This document shows, piece after piece, positions 1 to 10,406 of a DNA stretch of 64,000 nucleotides (position 1 is the stretch's first letter; each line of letters starts with the position of its first letter). The notes under the pieces are model-generated. The model saw nothing but the letters and a program-made list of their open reading frames with translations, was not told the origin of the DNA and made no database searches. The position numbers and the translations under genes were made by a program. Where the stretch lies: NCBI GenBank assembly GCA_041687435.1, contig JAWLBX010000015.1, forward strand, positions 5,860-69,859, in the 5' to 3' direction. The DNA comes from Alphaproteobacteria bacterium. Its GTDB lineage: Bacteria; Pseudomonadota; Alphaproteobacteria; Bin95.

Positions 1-15
1 GAGGGAGCGACCATC

Positions 16-912
16 ATGCATCCAGAATTGGAATTCGCGATTGCCCTGGTGGCCGAAGGTGTTTTGACCGGCCTGATGTATTCGCTGATCGCGGTCGGTT
101 TCGTGCTGATCTACAAATCCACCGATGCAATCAACTTCGCCCAGGGCGAGTTCGTGATGATCGCCGCCATTGTAGTCGCCGGCAGTCTCGATTGGTTCGG
201 GCTGCCCTTGTGGCTTTCGGTGCTGATCGGGTTTGCGTTCATGATCGCCTTCGGCATGGGGCTGGAGCGGTTCGTACTGCGGCCGATGATCGGCATGCCC
301 ATCGTGGCCATCATCATGGCAACGATCGGCCTGGCGTTCTTCCTGCGCGGGTTCGGCCCGCTGGTATTCGGTTCCGCGCCGACAACGATCAATCTGCCCA
401 TACCGGACAGCCCGATTTTCTGGGGGCCGCTGTACCTCAAGCCCATCGCGTTGGTAGGAGCCGGTATCAGCATAGCCTTCCTGGCCGCATTCGGCTGGTT
501 CTTCCTCAAATCGCGCACCGGCGTGGCGATGCGGGCGGTTGCTGACAGCCATCAGGTTTCCATGGCGATGGGCATCAATGTCGAGCGCTTCTTTGCCATC
601 GCCTGGATCACGGCCGGCATCGTCGCGCTGCTGGGCGGCCTGGTCTGGGGCAACATGATCGGCGTCGACATCCAGTTGGCATTGATCGGCCTGAAGGTGT
701 TTCCGGTGGTGATCCTTGGCGGTCTCGACTCGATCATCGGCGTTGTTGTCGGCGGCATTATCGTCGGCGTAGTGGAGGCCCTGACCTCCGGATTCATCGA
801 CCCCATTGTTGGCGGCGGCATGAAGGATTTCGCCCCCTACGTACTCATGGTGATCATGCTGATGATCCGCCCCTACGGCATTTTCGGCCGCCGCCTGATC
901 GAGAGGATCTGA
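16..912 (+). CDS. livH: branched-chain amino acid ABC transporter permease (LivH family)
   Basis: 298-aa polytopic membrane protein. Its N-terminus and the 'AINFAQGEFVMIAA' region are typical of LivH/HAAT permeases. It is the first gene of a liv-type operon and has a GAGGGA RBS 6 nt upstream. Confidence 0.85.
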   Translation: MHPELEFAIALVAEGVLTGLMYSLIAVGFVLIYKSTDAINFAQGEFVMIAAIVVAGSLDWFGLPLWLSVLIGFAFMIAFGMGLERFVLRPMIGMPIVAIIMATIGLAFFLRGFGPLVFGSAPTTINLPIPDSPIFWGPLYLKPIALVGAGISIAFLAAFGWFFLKSRTGVAMRAVADSHQVSMAMGINVERFFAIAWITAGIVALLGGLVWGNMIGVDIQLALIGLKVFPVVILGGLDSIIGVVVGGIIVGVVEALTSGFIDPIVGGGMKDFAPYVLMVIMLMIRPYGIFGRRLIERI

Positions 913-917
913 GAGCG

Positions 918-1985
918 ATGTTCCACCGTGAATGCGGCTACTACAAAACCAGCTACGAGGCGGATCAGGCGGTTCTGCCGTTGCCCATCGCGAAACTGGC
1001 CATCCTGGGCTTTGCCTTGCTGTTTCTGGTTTTCGTTCCCCTGTTCGCCAGCGACTACTACCTGTCGAACCTGAGCCTGGTCGGCATCACCGTCGTCGGC
1101 GCCCTCGGGTTAAACATCCTTCTCGGCTATACTGGTCAGATTTCCATCGGCCACGCTGCGTTCATGTCCGTCGGTGCCTATACCGCGGCCAATCTGGCGG
1201 TGAAGCTTGGGCTGCCATTTTACATCACCCTGCCGCTCGGCGGCACAATGGCCGCCCTGATCGGTATTCTGGTCGGCATTCCGTCGCTGCGGGTCAAGGG
1301 GCTCTATCTGGCGATTGCCACGCTGGCGGCACAGTTTATCATCGAGTGGATCATCAACCATACCCCGGCCATTTCCGGCGGCGTCGCGGCAGCAATCGAG
1401 GTGGAGCGGCCAATTCTGTTCGGCTGGCACCTGGATAGCGCGACCGAGCTCTACTACTTCGTGATCTTTTTCGCGGTTCTGGCGATCATCGCGACGATCA
1501 ATCTGGTCCGCAGCCGCGTCGGCCGGGCGCTGATCGCCATCCGCGACCAGGATATTGCTGCCGAAATCATCGGCATCAACGTGTTCCGCTATAAACTCTA
1601 TGCCTTCGCGATTTCGTCCTTTTTCGCTGGTGTGACGGGCGTGCTCTACACCTACTACCTGGGCATCGCGACCTATGAACAGTTCCAGATCGTGGTGTCT
1701 ATCGACTTCCTGGCCATGTGCATCATCGGCGGGCTGGGCTCCGTCATCGGGTCGATCCTGGGCGCTTTCTTCATCACCTTGCTGCCGATGGTCATCCGCA
1801 TCGTGATGGAGAATTTCGGCCCACTGTTCATGGACCCGAACGATTTGCCAACAATCATCGGCCAGTTGCGTCTGATGTTTTTCGGCGGGCTGATCATGAT
1901 GTTCCTGATCCTGGAACCGGAAGGGTTGAACCGGCTTTGGCTCAACATCCGCAACTATTTCCGGGTTTGGCCATTCTCCTACTAG
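918..1985 (+). CDS. livM: branched-chain amino acid ABC transporter permease (LivM family)
   Basis: 355-aa membrane protein with the 'GYTGQISIGHAAFMSVGAY' motif characteristic of LivM. It starts 6 nt after the livH stop. Confidence 0.85.
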   Translation: MFHRECGYYKTSYEADQAVLPLPIAKLAILGFALLFLVFVPLFASDYYLSNLSLVGITVVGALGLNILLGYTGQISIGHAAFMSVGAYTAANLAVKLGLPFYITLPLGGTMAALIGILVGIPSLRVKGLYLAIATLAAQFIIEWIINHTPAISGGVAAAIEVERPILFGWHLDSATELYYFVIFFAVLAIIATINLVRSRVGRALIAIRDQDIAAEIIGINVFRYKLYAFAISSFFAGVTGVLYTYYLGIATYEQFQIVVSIDFLAMCIIGGLGSVIGSILGAFFITLLPMVIRIVMENFGPLFMDPNDLPTIIGQLRLMFFGGLIMMFLILEPEGLNRLWLNIRNYFRVWPFSY

Positions 1986-2034
1986 GGACCGTTTCAACTC
2001 CCGGCAGGAGACTAAACAGAGAGGAGAAACGTCT

Positions 2035-3273
2035 ATGACTTTCCTGCGCACACTGGGCCTGGCGGCAGCAGTGACAGCCACCTTCGCGGCGGGCGCCACG
2101 GCTCAGGCCAAAGACATTGTCATCGGGATGATGTGCGACCGCACCGGCCCGACCGCAGTAACCGGCACGGTGCTCTGCCCCGGCTATCACGATTATATCG
2201 CCCTGGTGAACTCCAAGGGCGGCATCATGGGCAACACGGTCATCGCAGACGAGGTCGACATCGAATACAAGGTGCCGCCAGCGGTCGAAGCCTATCAGCG
2301 GTACAAGGCGAAAGGCGCCGTACTCGTCTCCCCGTTCGGCACACCGATGGTTGCCGCCCTCGTCAAAACGATGCAGGAGGACAAGATTCCGGCCACATCC
2401 GCCGGCTTCGGCACGGCGGCAGCGGCGAACGGTGAAAAATACCCGTACATGTTCCCCATCGCCGCCAGTTACTGGTCGCAGACCGCGGCAGCCGTGCAGT
2501 TCGCCAAGGATACGTTCGACGGCGATCTGAAAGGCAAGCGCATTGCATATGTGTTCTATGACAACCCGGCCGGCCGCGAGGGTATCCCGGTCATGGAAGA
2601 GCTGGCCAAGCAGGAGGGTTACGAACTCCGCACCTTCGGCATTCCGGCCCCGGGCATCGAAGCCGGCGCGCAGGTGCTGGATATCACCCGCCGTTTCCGG
2701 GCCGACTTCGTCATCGCCCACGTCTTCGGCCGCGCCCCGGCGGTGCTGTTGAAAGAGCTGAAACGGGCTGGCTATCCGATTGACAAGGTCATTGGCTTGG
2801 TCTGGGCGGTGAGCGAGGGCGATATTGCGGCCGCCGGCGGTTGGGATGTGGCCGAAGGCTACAACACCATCCAGTTTGCCGGCGTGGGCAGCGACTACCC
2901 CGTGCTGCAGGAAATCCGCGATATGTACAAGGCCCAAGGCAAGGAGCCGCCGTCGGAGATGGCCTACACCGTCTATTACAACCGTGGCGTTTTCCAGGCG
3001 GCCATGCATGTAAAAGCCATCGAGGACGCGATCAAGGCCAAGGGCTCGGCGGATATCACCGGCACGGATGTACGCGACGCCATGCGCAACATCAACGATT
3101 TCACCTTGGACGGCTTGGTGCCGCCGCTGCAAATGTCAGCCAAGGACCATGAGGGCGGAGGCTATATCCGTGTCTTCCAGGTCCAAGGTGGCAAGTTCGT
3201 GCCGGTCACAGACTGGTATCGGGCCTACCGCGATACGGTGCTGCGTCTGCTCGAGGAAGAGCACAAGGGCTGA
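2035..3273 (+). CDS. ABC transporter periplasmic substrate-binding protein, Leu/Ile/Val-binding (LivK/LivJ) family
   Basis: 412 aa with an N-terminal signal peptide (MTFLRTLGLAAAVTATFAAGATAQA) and a type-I periplasmic binding fold. It lies inside the liv operon, with AGGAGA RBS upstream. Confidence 0.8.
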   Translation: MTFLRTLGLAAAVTATFAAGATAQAKDIVIGMMCDRTGPTAVTGTVLCPGYHDYIALVNSKGGIMGNTVIADEVDIEYKVPPAVEAYQRYKAKGAVLVSPFGTPMVAALVKTMQEDKIPATSAGFGTAAAANGEKYPYMFPIAASYWSQTAAAVQFAKDTFDGDLKGKRIAYVFYDNPAGREGIPVMEELAKQEGYELRTFGIPAPGIEAGAQVLDITRRFRADFVIAHVFGRAPAVLLKELKRAGYPIDKVIGLVWAVSEGDIAAAGGWDVAEGYNTIQFAGVGSDYPVLQEIRDMYKAQGKEPPSEMAYTVYYNRGVFQAAMHVKAIEDAIKAKGSADITGTDVRDAMRNINDFTLDGLVPPLQMSAKDHEGGGYIRVFQVQGGKFVPVTDWYRAYRDTVLRLLEEEHKG

Positions 3274-3364
3274 ATTACCCGGCAACCAATGGGGAGCCTG
3301 CCTGCCCAGCATGCGGGTTCCCCCCTTGCTTCGATCCTTTCCGATAACGAATGCAGGCCGCGCC

Positions 3365-4159
3365 ATGCTCCAGCTGAACAATATCGAGGTGATGTACAAC
3401 AATGTGATCCTGGTGCTGAAAGGCGTCTCGATTCACATTGCCAAGGGCAAGATCACCACCATTCTGGGGGCCAACGGCGCCGGCAAGACGACGACACTGA
3501 AAGCGATTTCGGGCGTGCTTCGCTCCGAACGGGGCGAAATCACCCACGGCACTATCGAACTGGACGGCGAACGGATCGACCGCATGGCCGGCCACGATAT
3601 CGTGCGCAAGGGTGTGGTGCAGGTATTCGAGGGGCGCCGCGTGTTCGTCAATCTGACGGCAGAGGAAAACCTGATTGCCGGTGCGCATATCGAACCATCC
3701 ACCGCAGAAATGCGGCGGCGGATGGAGATGGTTTACGAATATTTCCCCCGCATCCGCGAACGCCGCCACGGCCGCAGCGGCTACCTCTCCGGCGGCGAGC
3801 AGCAGATGCTGGCGATTGGACGGGCGCTCATGAGCAACCCGAAGGTCATCCTGCTGGATGAGCCGTCGCTCGGCCTCGCCCCGCTGATTATCGAGGAAAT
3901 TTTCGGCATCATCGGCCGGCTTAACAAGGAACAGGGCGTCACCATCGGCCTGGTCGAGCAGAACGCCAATCTGGCGTTAAACATCGCCGATTACGGTTAT
4001 GTCATGGAAAACGGCTCCATCGTCATGGAAGGCCCTGCCAAGCAGTTGCGCGACAATGCCGATATCAAGGAGTTCTATCTGGGCATGTCGGAGCACGGTG
4101 AGCGCAAGAACTACCGCGACGTGAAGCACTACCGCCGGCGCAAGCGCTGGCTTTCCTGA
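3365..4159 (+). CDS. livF: branched-chain amino acid ABC transporter ATP-binding protein (LivF family)
   Basis: Walker A (GANGAGKTT), signature (LSGGEQQML) and Walker B (ILLDEPSLGL) are present. The ORF-finder frame begins at 3068, but the in-frame ATG at 3365 (MLQLNNIEVMYNN...) gives a canonical 264-aa LivF. Confidence 0.85.
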   Translation: MLQLNNIEVMYNNVILVLKGVSIHIAKGKITTILGANGAGKTTTLKAISGVLRSERGEITHGTIELDGERIDRMAGHDIVRKGVVQVFEGRRVFVNLTAEENLIAGAHIEPSTAEMRRRMEMVYEYFPRIRERRHGRSGYLSGGEQQMLAIGRALMSNPKVILLDEPSLGLAPLIIEEIFGIIGRLNKEQGVTIGLVEQNANLALNIADYGYVMENGSIVMEGPAKQLRDNADIKEFYLGMSEHGERKNYRDVKHYRRRKRWLS

Positions 4160-4177
4160 CAGCCCAGGGCTGGCCGC

Positions 4178-4555
4178 TCACACCTCCACCCGCTCCACAC
4201 GGGCAATCAACCCGTCGGTTATGGTCTTGAGCGGCCGCAGGTCGTCCTCGCAGGTCGCGAACACGTTGGACGGGCTGGCGAGCCGGATCTCGTCGCCGCG
4301 GCTGACGGGTGTCGGGCCGAAACCGATAGCCAATGCCTTCCCCGGCGGCCAGTAGGCGATATCGCCCGGCTGCATCACGTCGCGCGCATCGTCTTCCAGC
4401 GCCACCGCAACGGGCGCTGCGAAATACACCTCATCGCCCCAGGTGTTCACCGGCGCCTCGAACGGCGCAGCCTGCCAGACCGCGTCTGCAGTGGGCGTAT
4501 CTTTCAGGCTGAGTGTCAGCCGTATCCGGCCGATCGTGACGTGCAGGCGCCTCAT
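4178..4555 (-). CDS. cyclophilin-like fold protein (DUF3830 family), hypothetical
   Basis: About 125 aa starting at the internal ATG (MRRLHVTIGRIRLTL...). Weak recollection of the DUF3830 cyclophilin-like family. Confidence 0.45.
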   Translation of the reverse strand: MRRLHVTIGRIRLTLSLKDTPTADAVWQAAPFEAPVNTWGDEVYFAAPVAVALEDDARDVMQPGDIAYWPPGKALAIGFGPTPVSRGDEIRLASPSNVFATCEDDLRPLKTITDGLIARVERVEV

Positions 4556-4641
4556 GATCCCTCGCTTGCCGCTTGCCTTCGGGGCCAATGCCGCGGAAGG
4601 TAAACGCCCGCTGGTTTCCGTCAAGTCCGAGCGTCTTTTCC

Positions 4642-5877
4642 ATGCCGCGCACCCAAGAAGACAGTATCGAGCAGCCGTTCGGCTGGGTCATCGTCGCCGC
4701 CTCGCTGGCCATCATCACCATGGCGGTCGCCACAAACTATTTGATCGTGGTGGGCATCAAGCCGATGGCGGAAAACATGGACTGGCCGCGCTGGGTGACA
4801 TCGTCCGCCTATTCCGCCCTCACCATCGGTTCCGGCGTTGGTGGCATCATGATTGGGCTGTGGACGGACAAACGCGGAATCGGCGGGCCGCTGGCGCTGG
4901 CGGCACTGTCCATCGGCTTCGGCGCCATGCTGATCAGCCAGCTGGACGACCCGGTATTGATGCTGGCTGCGTGCTTTGTATTCCTGGGCGTTTTTGGCAA
5001 TGGTGCCGTGTTCTCGCCTCTGATCGCCAACGCAACCCGCTGGTTCGACCGGCGGCGGGGCATTGCCGTGGCCATTGTCATGGGCGGCCAGAACCTGGCC
5101 GGCGCGGTCTGGGCGCCGGTGTTCCGGCACGGGATCGAAACGGTGGGCTGGCGCGAGACTTGGTTCTGGTATGGCGTTCTGGCGATGGCGGCGATTTTCC
5201 CGCTGTCCTTCCTGTTGCGCCGCCGCCCGCCTGCCGTGCCATTCGGAACGCCCGCACCGGCAGAGCGGCACGCGATCGAAACCACGCTCAACCCGTTGCT
5301 GCGGCAGGGCTTGTTGTGTGCGGCCATCATCGGCTGTTGCGTCGCCATGGCCATGCCGCTGGTGCATGTCGTCGCCTATTGCAGCGATCTGGGGTATGGC
5401 CTGGACCAGGGTGCGCAAGTGCTCTCGCTGTTGCTGGCATGCGGATTCGTCAGCCGGCTGGGATTTGGCTGGCTGTCCGACCGGATCGGCGGGCTCAAAA
5501 CCATTTTCCTTGGCGCAGCCTTGCAGGCGGTGGCTCTGTCGCTATTCACGTTCATCGATTCGCTGACGGGCATTTATCTGGCAGCCGCGCTGTTCGGGCT
5601 GGTGTTCGGCGGCATCGTGCCGAGCTATGCGCTGGCGACCCGGCAACTGTTCCCCGCCAGCCAGGCCGCGGCCCGCATCGGCATTATTTTCATGGCCGGC
5701 TATATCGGCATGGGCGGCGGCGGTGCCCTCGGCGGTGTAATTTTCGACCTGACGCTGGATTACAAGATCGCCTTCACGGTCGGCGTGATCTTCAATGTGA
5801 TCAACCTGCTGTGCCTTTCGCTGATCCTGGCAAAACGCAAGCCCGAGCAGCCGCTGGCGACGCAACCGGCGGAATAG
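4642..5877 (+). CDS. MFS transporter
   Basis: Polytopic hydrophobic protein (~12 TM) with an MFS-like repeat organisation. Start chosen at the internal ATG (MPRTQEDSIEQPFGWVIVAAS...). Confidence 0.75.
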   Translation: MPRTQEDSIEQPFGWVIVAASLAIITMAVATNYLIVVGIKPMAENMDWPRWVTSSAYSALTIGSGVGGIMIGLWTDKRGIGGPLALAALSIGFGAMLISQLDDPVLMLAACFVFLGVFGNGAVFSPLIANATRWFDRRRGIAVAIVMGGQNLAGAVWAPVFRHGIETVGWRETWFWYGVLAMAAIFPLSFLLRRRPPAVPFGTPAPAERHAIETTLNPLLRQGLLCAAIIGCCVAMAMPLVHVVAYCSDLGYGLDQGAQVLSLLLACGFVSRLGFGWLSDRIGGLKTIFLGAALQAVALSLFTFIDSLTGIYLAAALFGLVFGGIVPSYALATRQLFPASQAAARIGIIFMAGYIGMGGGGALGGVIFDLTLDYKIAFTVGVIFNVINLLCLSLILAKRKPEQPLATQPAE

Positions 5878-5964
5878 GAATAAAGCCGCGGCAACTTGCA
5901 CTTCCGCCGCAGGCGCGGGATGATGGCTGCCTGTACCTGCCCTTCTGCCGGAATATGCCTTGTC

Positions 5965-6801
5965 ATGACCAAAACCCTCGCCGACCTCGTCTCCTATCGC
6001 TATGGCATCGAGACTGACCTGGGCGCTGACCGACCGGCGGAGGGCCTGCTGGCGCAGATCCTCGACCGGCGTTCGCACCGGCGCTGGAAGGAAGACCCGG
6101 TGCCGGACGATCTGCTCAACCTGCTGTTCGCCTGCGCTTTTTCTGCCAGCGCCAAATCCGACCTGCAGCAATCTGGCGTCGTGCGGGTACGCGACAAAGC
6201 CAAGCAGCAGGCGATCACCGACATGATTCCGGCGATGCCCTGGATCGCGTCGGCTCCGGTTTTCATGATCTGGATCGGCGACAACCGCCGCATCCGCCGC
6301 ATCTGCGAGATGCGGGGCAAGCCGTTCGGCAACGACCACCTGGACAGCTTCCTGAACGCCGCGACCGACTGCGCGCTGGCGATGCAGACCTTCATCCTGG
6401 CGGCGGAGAGCGAGGGGCTGGGCTGCTGCCCGATTTCGAACGTGCGCAACCATGCGGCCAGGATCGCGGACCTGCTGGAACTGCCCAAGTATACCTTCCC
6501 CTATGCCGGCCTTTGCGTCGGCTATCCGGCACGCGAGGGCTTTTCCTCCATGCGGCTGCCGATTTCTTGCTTCGTGCACGAGGACAAATACGACGACAGC
6601 GATTTGGAAGCCGACATCGACGGCTATGATCGCCGCCGTGCCGCACGGCATGCGCCGCCGAAGGAAAGCTGGCGGGACGTCGAGAAATGGGGCGAGCCAG
6701 ACTTCTACGGCTGGTCGGAGGACAAGGCCCGCCAGGTCGCCGTGACCGAGCGGGATAACCTGGGGCCGTTCGTCCGCGCGCAAGGGATCAAGACCGACTA
6801 G
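5965..6801 (+). CDS. nitroreductase family protein
   Basis: Nitroreductase-fold motifs ('RRSHRRWKEDPVPDDLL', 'GLGCCPIS') are present. Start at the internal ATG (MTKTLADLVSYRYGI). Confidence 0.7.
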   Translation: MTKTLADLVSYRYGIETDLGADRPAEGLLAQILDRRSHRRWKEDPVPDDLLNLLFACAFSASAKSDLQQSGVVRVRDKAKQQAITDMIPAMPWIASAPVFMIWIGDNRRIRRICEMRGKPFGNDHLDSFLNAATDCALAMQTFILAAESEGLGCCPISNVRNHAARIADLLELPKYTFPYAGLCVGYPAREGFSSMRLPISCFVHEDKYDDSDLEADIDGYDRRRAARHAPPKESWRDVEKWGEPDFYGWSEDKARQVAVTERDNLGPFVRAQGIKTD

Positions 6802-6820
6802 CCGCGGCGGGCAGCGGCGC

Positions 6821-8098
6821 ATGGCCAGCCTTTCCTCTTATGGTGCGATCCGGGTTTTCCGCAACCACGCCTACCGCATCTATACCGAAGGCAACTTCGT
6901 CTCCCTGATTGGCACGTGGGTACAGCGGGTCGCGACCGGCTGGCTCGCCTGGGATCTGACCCATTCGGGCGCGTGGCTCGGCGCCATCGCCGCGGCGGAG
7001 CTGCTGCCCTCGATCATACTGGGGCCGTTCGGCGGCGCGGCGGCGGACCGGATGGACCGCTTCCGGCTGATCGTCTGGGCACAATCGCTCATGGCGGTGC
7101 AGGCCTTCTTGCTTGGCTGGGTGACGCTTTCCGGTTGGGTCGATATCTGGATACTGTTCGGGCTGACGCTGGCGCACGGTTGCCTGCAATCCTTCAACCA
7201 AGCGTCCCGCCTGTCGCTGGTGCGGAGCTTGGTGCAGCGGGAGGATCTGCCCGCGGCGATTGCGGTCAATTCCGTGCTCTGGAACGGCGCGCGCTTCGTC
7301 GGGCCGGTCTGTGCCGGCGTGCTGATCGTCGCCGTCGATATCGGCTGGTCGTTCGTTGCCAACGGCCTCAGCTTTCTGGCGTTCGTCTGGGTGATGTATC
7401 TGCTGCGGCACGAGATACCACGCGGCGGCGTTACCCAGGGCGGCCCGATCCTGGAACAGATTGCGGAGGGCATCGCCTATGTGGTGCGCCATCAGGGCCT
7501 CGGCCCGCTGATGGCGTTGCTGTTTATCGGTGCCGTTTTCTCCCGCCCGTTCGCAGAACTGTTGCCGGGGTTCGCCGACGCCGTGTTCGCCCGGGGGCCG
7601 GAAGGGCTGGCGCTGCTGACATCTGCCACCGGCATTGGCGCGGTCATCGGCGGCATCTGGCTGAGCCAGGCGGCAAAATTCGGACGCCTGACCGGACTGG
7701 CGCTGCATTCGAATACGTTGATGGCACTGGCGCTGCTGGCGCTGGCCGCGACGGACTCGTTCTGGGTTGGCCTCGCGGCCACGGCCGCGGCCGGGCTGTT
7801 CATGACCGTCAACGGCGTCGCCAACCAGAGCATCATCCAATACGCCTGCGCTCCGGAAATGCTGGGCCGGGTGCTCAGCATTTACGGCCTAAGCTTCCGC
7901 GCCGGGCCAGCATTGGGCGCGCTGATGATGGGAACCGCGAGCGAGTGGTTCGGCCTGCAAATTCCCGTCGCGGTCGGCGCGGTCGTCTGCATTATCGCCT
8001 GGCTCTGGCTTTTGCGGCGGCAGGGGAGGATTGCAGCCGCTATGGGGGAAGGGCATGATCCCTTAAAGCCCGATGCAAAGGAAACCGCCCCGCCATGA
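6821..8098 (+). CDS. MFS transporter
   Basis: 425-aa 12-TM protein with the MFS '[16 protein letters not shown]' loop motif between TM2 and TM3. Its stop overlaps the next start (ATGA). Confidence 0.8.
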   Translation: MASLSSYGAIRVFRNHAYRIYTEGNFVSLIGTWVQRVATGWLAWDLTHSGAWLGAIAAAELLPSIILGPFGGAAADRMDRFRLIVWAQSLMAVQAFLLGWVTLSGWVDIWILFGLTLAHGCLQSFNQASRLSLVRSLVQREDLPAAIAVNSVLWNGARFVGPVCAGVLIVAVDIGWSFVANGLSFLAFVWVMYLLRHEIPRGGVTQGGPILEQIAEGIAYVVRHQGLGPLMALLFIGAVFSRPFAELLPGFADAVFARGPEGLALLTSATGIGAVIGGIWLSQAAKFGRLTGLALHSNTLMALALLALAATDSFWVGLAATAAAGLFMTVNGVANQSIIQYACAPEMLGRVLSIYGLSFRAGPALGALMMGTASEWFGLQIPVAVGAVVCIIAWLWLLRRQGRIAAAMGEGHDPLKPDAKETAPP

Positions 8099-8904
8099 CC
8101 GACCCTTATGCCGCATTCGAAACGCTTGCCTTCGACCGTCCGCACCCGCGGGTGTTGCGCGTGACCATGAACCGGCCGGACCGGCTGAACGCAGCCAACG
8201 CCACCATGCACCGGGAATTGGCAGAGATCTGGCGGGTGATTGACGGCGATCATACGGTCAACTGCGCCATCCTGACAGGCGCCGGCAAGGCGTTCAGCGC
8301 GGGCGGCGATTTCGAAATGATCGAAAAGATCATGGACGACTACGAAACCCGCGTGACGGTTTGGAAGGAAGCGCGCGACATCGTCTATAATGTCATCAAC
8401 TGCTCCAAGCCCATAGTCTCCGCCATGCGCGGGCCGGCTGTCGGTGCGGGTTTGGTAGCGGGCATTCTGTCGGACGTATCCATTGCTGCCGAAAACGCGC
8501 GCATTATCGACGGCCACACCCGCCTGGGCGTCGCCGCGGGCGATCATGCCTGCATCGTCTGGCCGCTGCTCTGTGGCATGGCGAAGGCCAAATACTACCT
8601 GCTGCTCTGCGATGCAGTGAGCGGCGCGGAGGCCGAGCGGATCGGCCTGGTATCGCTGGCCGTGCCGGATGAGGAGTTGGACGCCAAAGCGGTGGAGGTT
8701 GCCACCCGGCTGGCAGAGGGGGCGCCTAGCGCCATCCGCTTTACCAAATATGCACTGAACAACTGGTACCGCATGGCCGGCCCCAGCTTCGACGCATCGC
8801 TGGCCCTGGAGTTTCTCGGCTTTACCAGCCCCGAGGCGAAGGAAGGCCTGGACTCGCACAAGGAAAAACGACGGCCGCAGTTCAACCCTGACGTGCCGCT
8901 TTAG
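8095..8904 (+). CDS. enoyl-CoA hydratase/isomerase (crotonase) family protein
   Basis: Crotonase-fold signature '[15 protein letters not shown]' and the downstream oxyanion-hole region are present. 269 aa. Confidence 0.85.
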   Translation: MTDPYAAFETLAFDRPHPRVLRVTMNRPDRLNAANATMHRELAEIWRVIDGDHTVNCAILTGAGKAFSAGGDFEMIEKIMDDYETRVTVWKEARDIVYNVINCSKPIVSAMRGPAVGAGLVAGILSDVSIAAENARIIDGHTRLGVAAGDHACIVWPLLCGMAKAKYYLLLCDAVSGAEAERIGLVSLAVPDEELDAKAVEVATRLAEGAPSAIRFTKYALNNWYRMAGPSFDASLALEFLGFTSPEAKEGLDSHKEKRRPQFNPDVPL

Positions 8905-8942
8905 GGCACCTTGCAAACGCAAGCGCCGGGGGGCATCCAGAC

Positions 8943-9437
8943 GTGGCAAAGCATGATCCAGCCGAAGAATCCGATTTCATAGCGGAACACTGGTCGTTCC
9001 TGATCGTCGATGACAACCCGTCCGCGCTGGCGACGCTCCGCACCTTGATGATGGTTTTGGGCCTGGAGCCGCCGCTGGAGGCAGCGGGCGGGGCGGAGGC
9101 GCAGGATTTGGTGCGACGGCACGACCTGGACTGCATCATCACCGACCTGCGCATGGAGCCGATAAACGGCGTGGAATTCGTCCGCTGGCTGCGCCGCAGC
9201 AACGAAGCCGGCAACCCGACCGCCCGCATTCTGGCAATCTCTGCCTATCGGGATGCGGGGGAGATCGCTGCGGTGGCGAGCGAGGGCGCGGACGCGTTTC
9301 TCGCCAAGCCGCTGTCGCTGGCCAACCTGCGCGCCGCCCTCGATGTGCTGGGCCGACAGCCGGGCGGGTTCACGGAAATCGTTCAAACGCCAAGCGGAAC
9401 CGTGACCCTCGTGCCGAGGCCCATCACAAAAACCTAG
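8943..9437 (+). CDS. response regulator, single receiver (CheY-like) domain
   Basis: Receiver-domain acidic pocket and phospho-acceptor context ('LIVDDN', 'CIITDLRMEPINGVEF'). 164 aa with no output domain. Confidence 0.7.
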   Translation: MAKHDPAEESDFIAEHWSFLIVDDNPSALATLRTLMMVLGLEPPLEAAGGAEAQDLVRRHDLDCIITDLRMEPINGVEFVRWLRRSNEAGNPTARILAISAYRDAGEIAAVASEGADAFLAKPLSLANLRAALDVLGRQPGGFTEIVQTPSGTVTLVPRPITKT

Positions 9438-9518
9438 CGAAGCCTCGGGCGGCGGTATAAGCCAGCGCATCGTATCCGCAAGGCTTCCCGCCAGCCCGGC
9501 GACCCATGAAGAGGCTCC

Positions 9519-10277
9519 ATGTTCGAGGGAATCGATCTGCTGGTCGTCGCTGTTGTTGCGGTGGCCTTTTTTCTGGGCGGCGTGCTGAAGGGCGTCATCG
9601 GCCTGGGCCTGCCGCTGGTTGCGATTCCGATCATTGCGATCGTCATGCCTGTTGCCAAAGCCATCCCGCTGATGCTGGCCCCCGGGTACATCATGAACGT
9701 CATCCAGATGCGGCAGACTTGGCATGCCCGCATGCCGTTGCTGCGCTGGTGGCCGTTGTTTGTGGGCATGGGCGCCGGCGTCGCTCTCGGCGTGCAATTC
9801 GCCACCAATGCGCCGGAGCACCTGATGCGCGGCGTTCTGGGCGCAACCATCATTCTGTTTGTAGGTTTGAGTTTCGCCCGCATCCAAATTCCGAAGCGCG
9901 CGGTGGAAAATCCGGCGGCGGGGCTGACCATGGGCGGCATCACCGGCCTGTTCGGCGGCCTCACTGGCGTGTTCGGCCCAACGCTGGCCATGTACTTCCT
10001 GGCGCGGCGCCTGGAAAAGGATCGGTTCGTCTGGATCATGGCAGTGGTCATGCTGACCGGCGTCGTGTTTCTCGGCAGCGCGTTGACGGCGGCCGGTGGC
10101 CTCACCCAGGATCAGTTGCTGGGCACGGTCGCGGTTCTGGTGCCAAGCTGGTTGGGGCTTTCGGCCGGCGCCCTGGTGCGCAAGCGCGTCAGCCAAGACG
10201 TGTTCCGGAATGTGGCCCTGGCCGTTCTGGCCGTGATGGGCATCAGCCTGCTGGGCGCCTCCCTGGGCCTGTCCTGA
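9519..10277 (+). CDS. sulfite exporter TauE/SafE family (DUF81) membrane protein
   Basis: 252-aa membrane protein with two internal repeats of 4 TM each and Gly-rich motifs typical of TauE/SafE (DUF81). Confidence 0.65.
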   Translation: MFEGIDLLVVAVVAVAFFLGGVLKGVIGLGLPLVAIPIIAIVMPVAKAIPLMLAPGYIMNVIQMRQTWHARMPLLRWWPLFVGMGAGVALGVQFATNAPEHLMRGVLGATIILFVGLSFARIQIPKRAVENPAAGLTMGGITGLFGGLTGVFGPTLAMYFLARRLEKDRFVWIMAVVMLTGVVFLGSALTAAGGLTQDQLLGTVAVLVPSWLGLSAGALVRKRVSQDVFRNVALAVLAVMGISLLGASLGLS

Positions 10278-10406
10278 ATGGGTCAGGAACCCGCCGCCAT
10301 TGCTTCGCCGCGTATAAATGTGTAGGAACCCCGCATATGGGGAACGTCAAGGTCTGGTATCAGACGTTAGCCCTTTCTCATTCCGTTTTTGGAGGTTTTA
10401 CCTTTC

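Noticed and set aside
3068-3364. Upstream 99 aa of the LivF ORF-finder frame
   Set aside because: It overlaps the 3' end of the binding-protein gene in another frame. The canonical LivF N-terminus (MLQLNNIEV…) begins at 3365.
4443-6822. Long ORF-finder frames (4443..6017 +, 4621..5418 -, 5542..6822 -) of 265-524 aa
   Set aside because: They overlap real MFS/nitroreductase genes in alternative frames. Their compositions (Arg/Ala/Gly/Pro-rich) are typical of spurious open frames in high-GC DNA, and they show no domain motifs.
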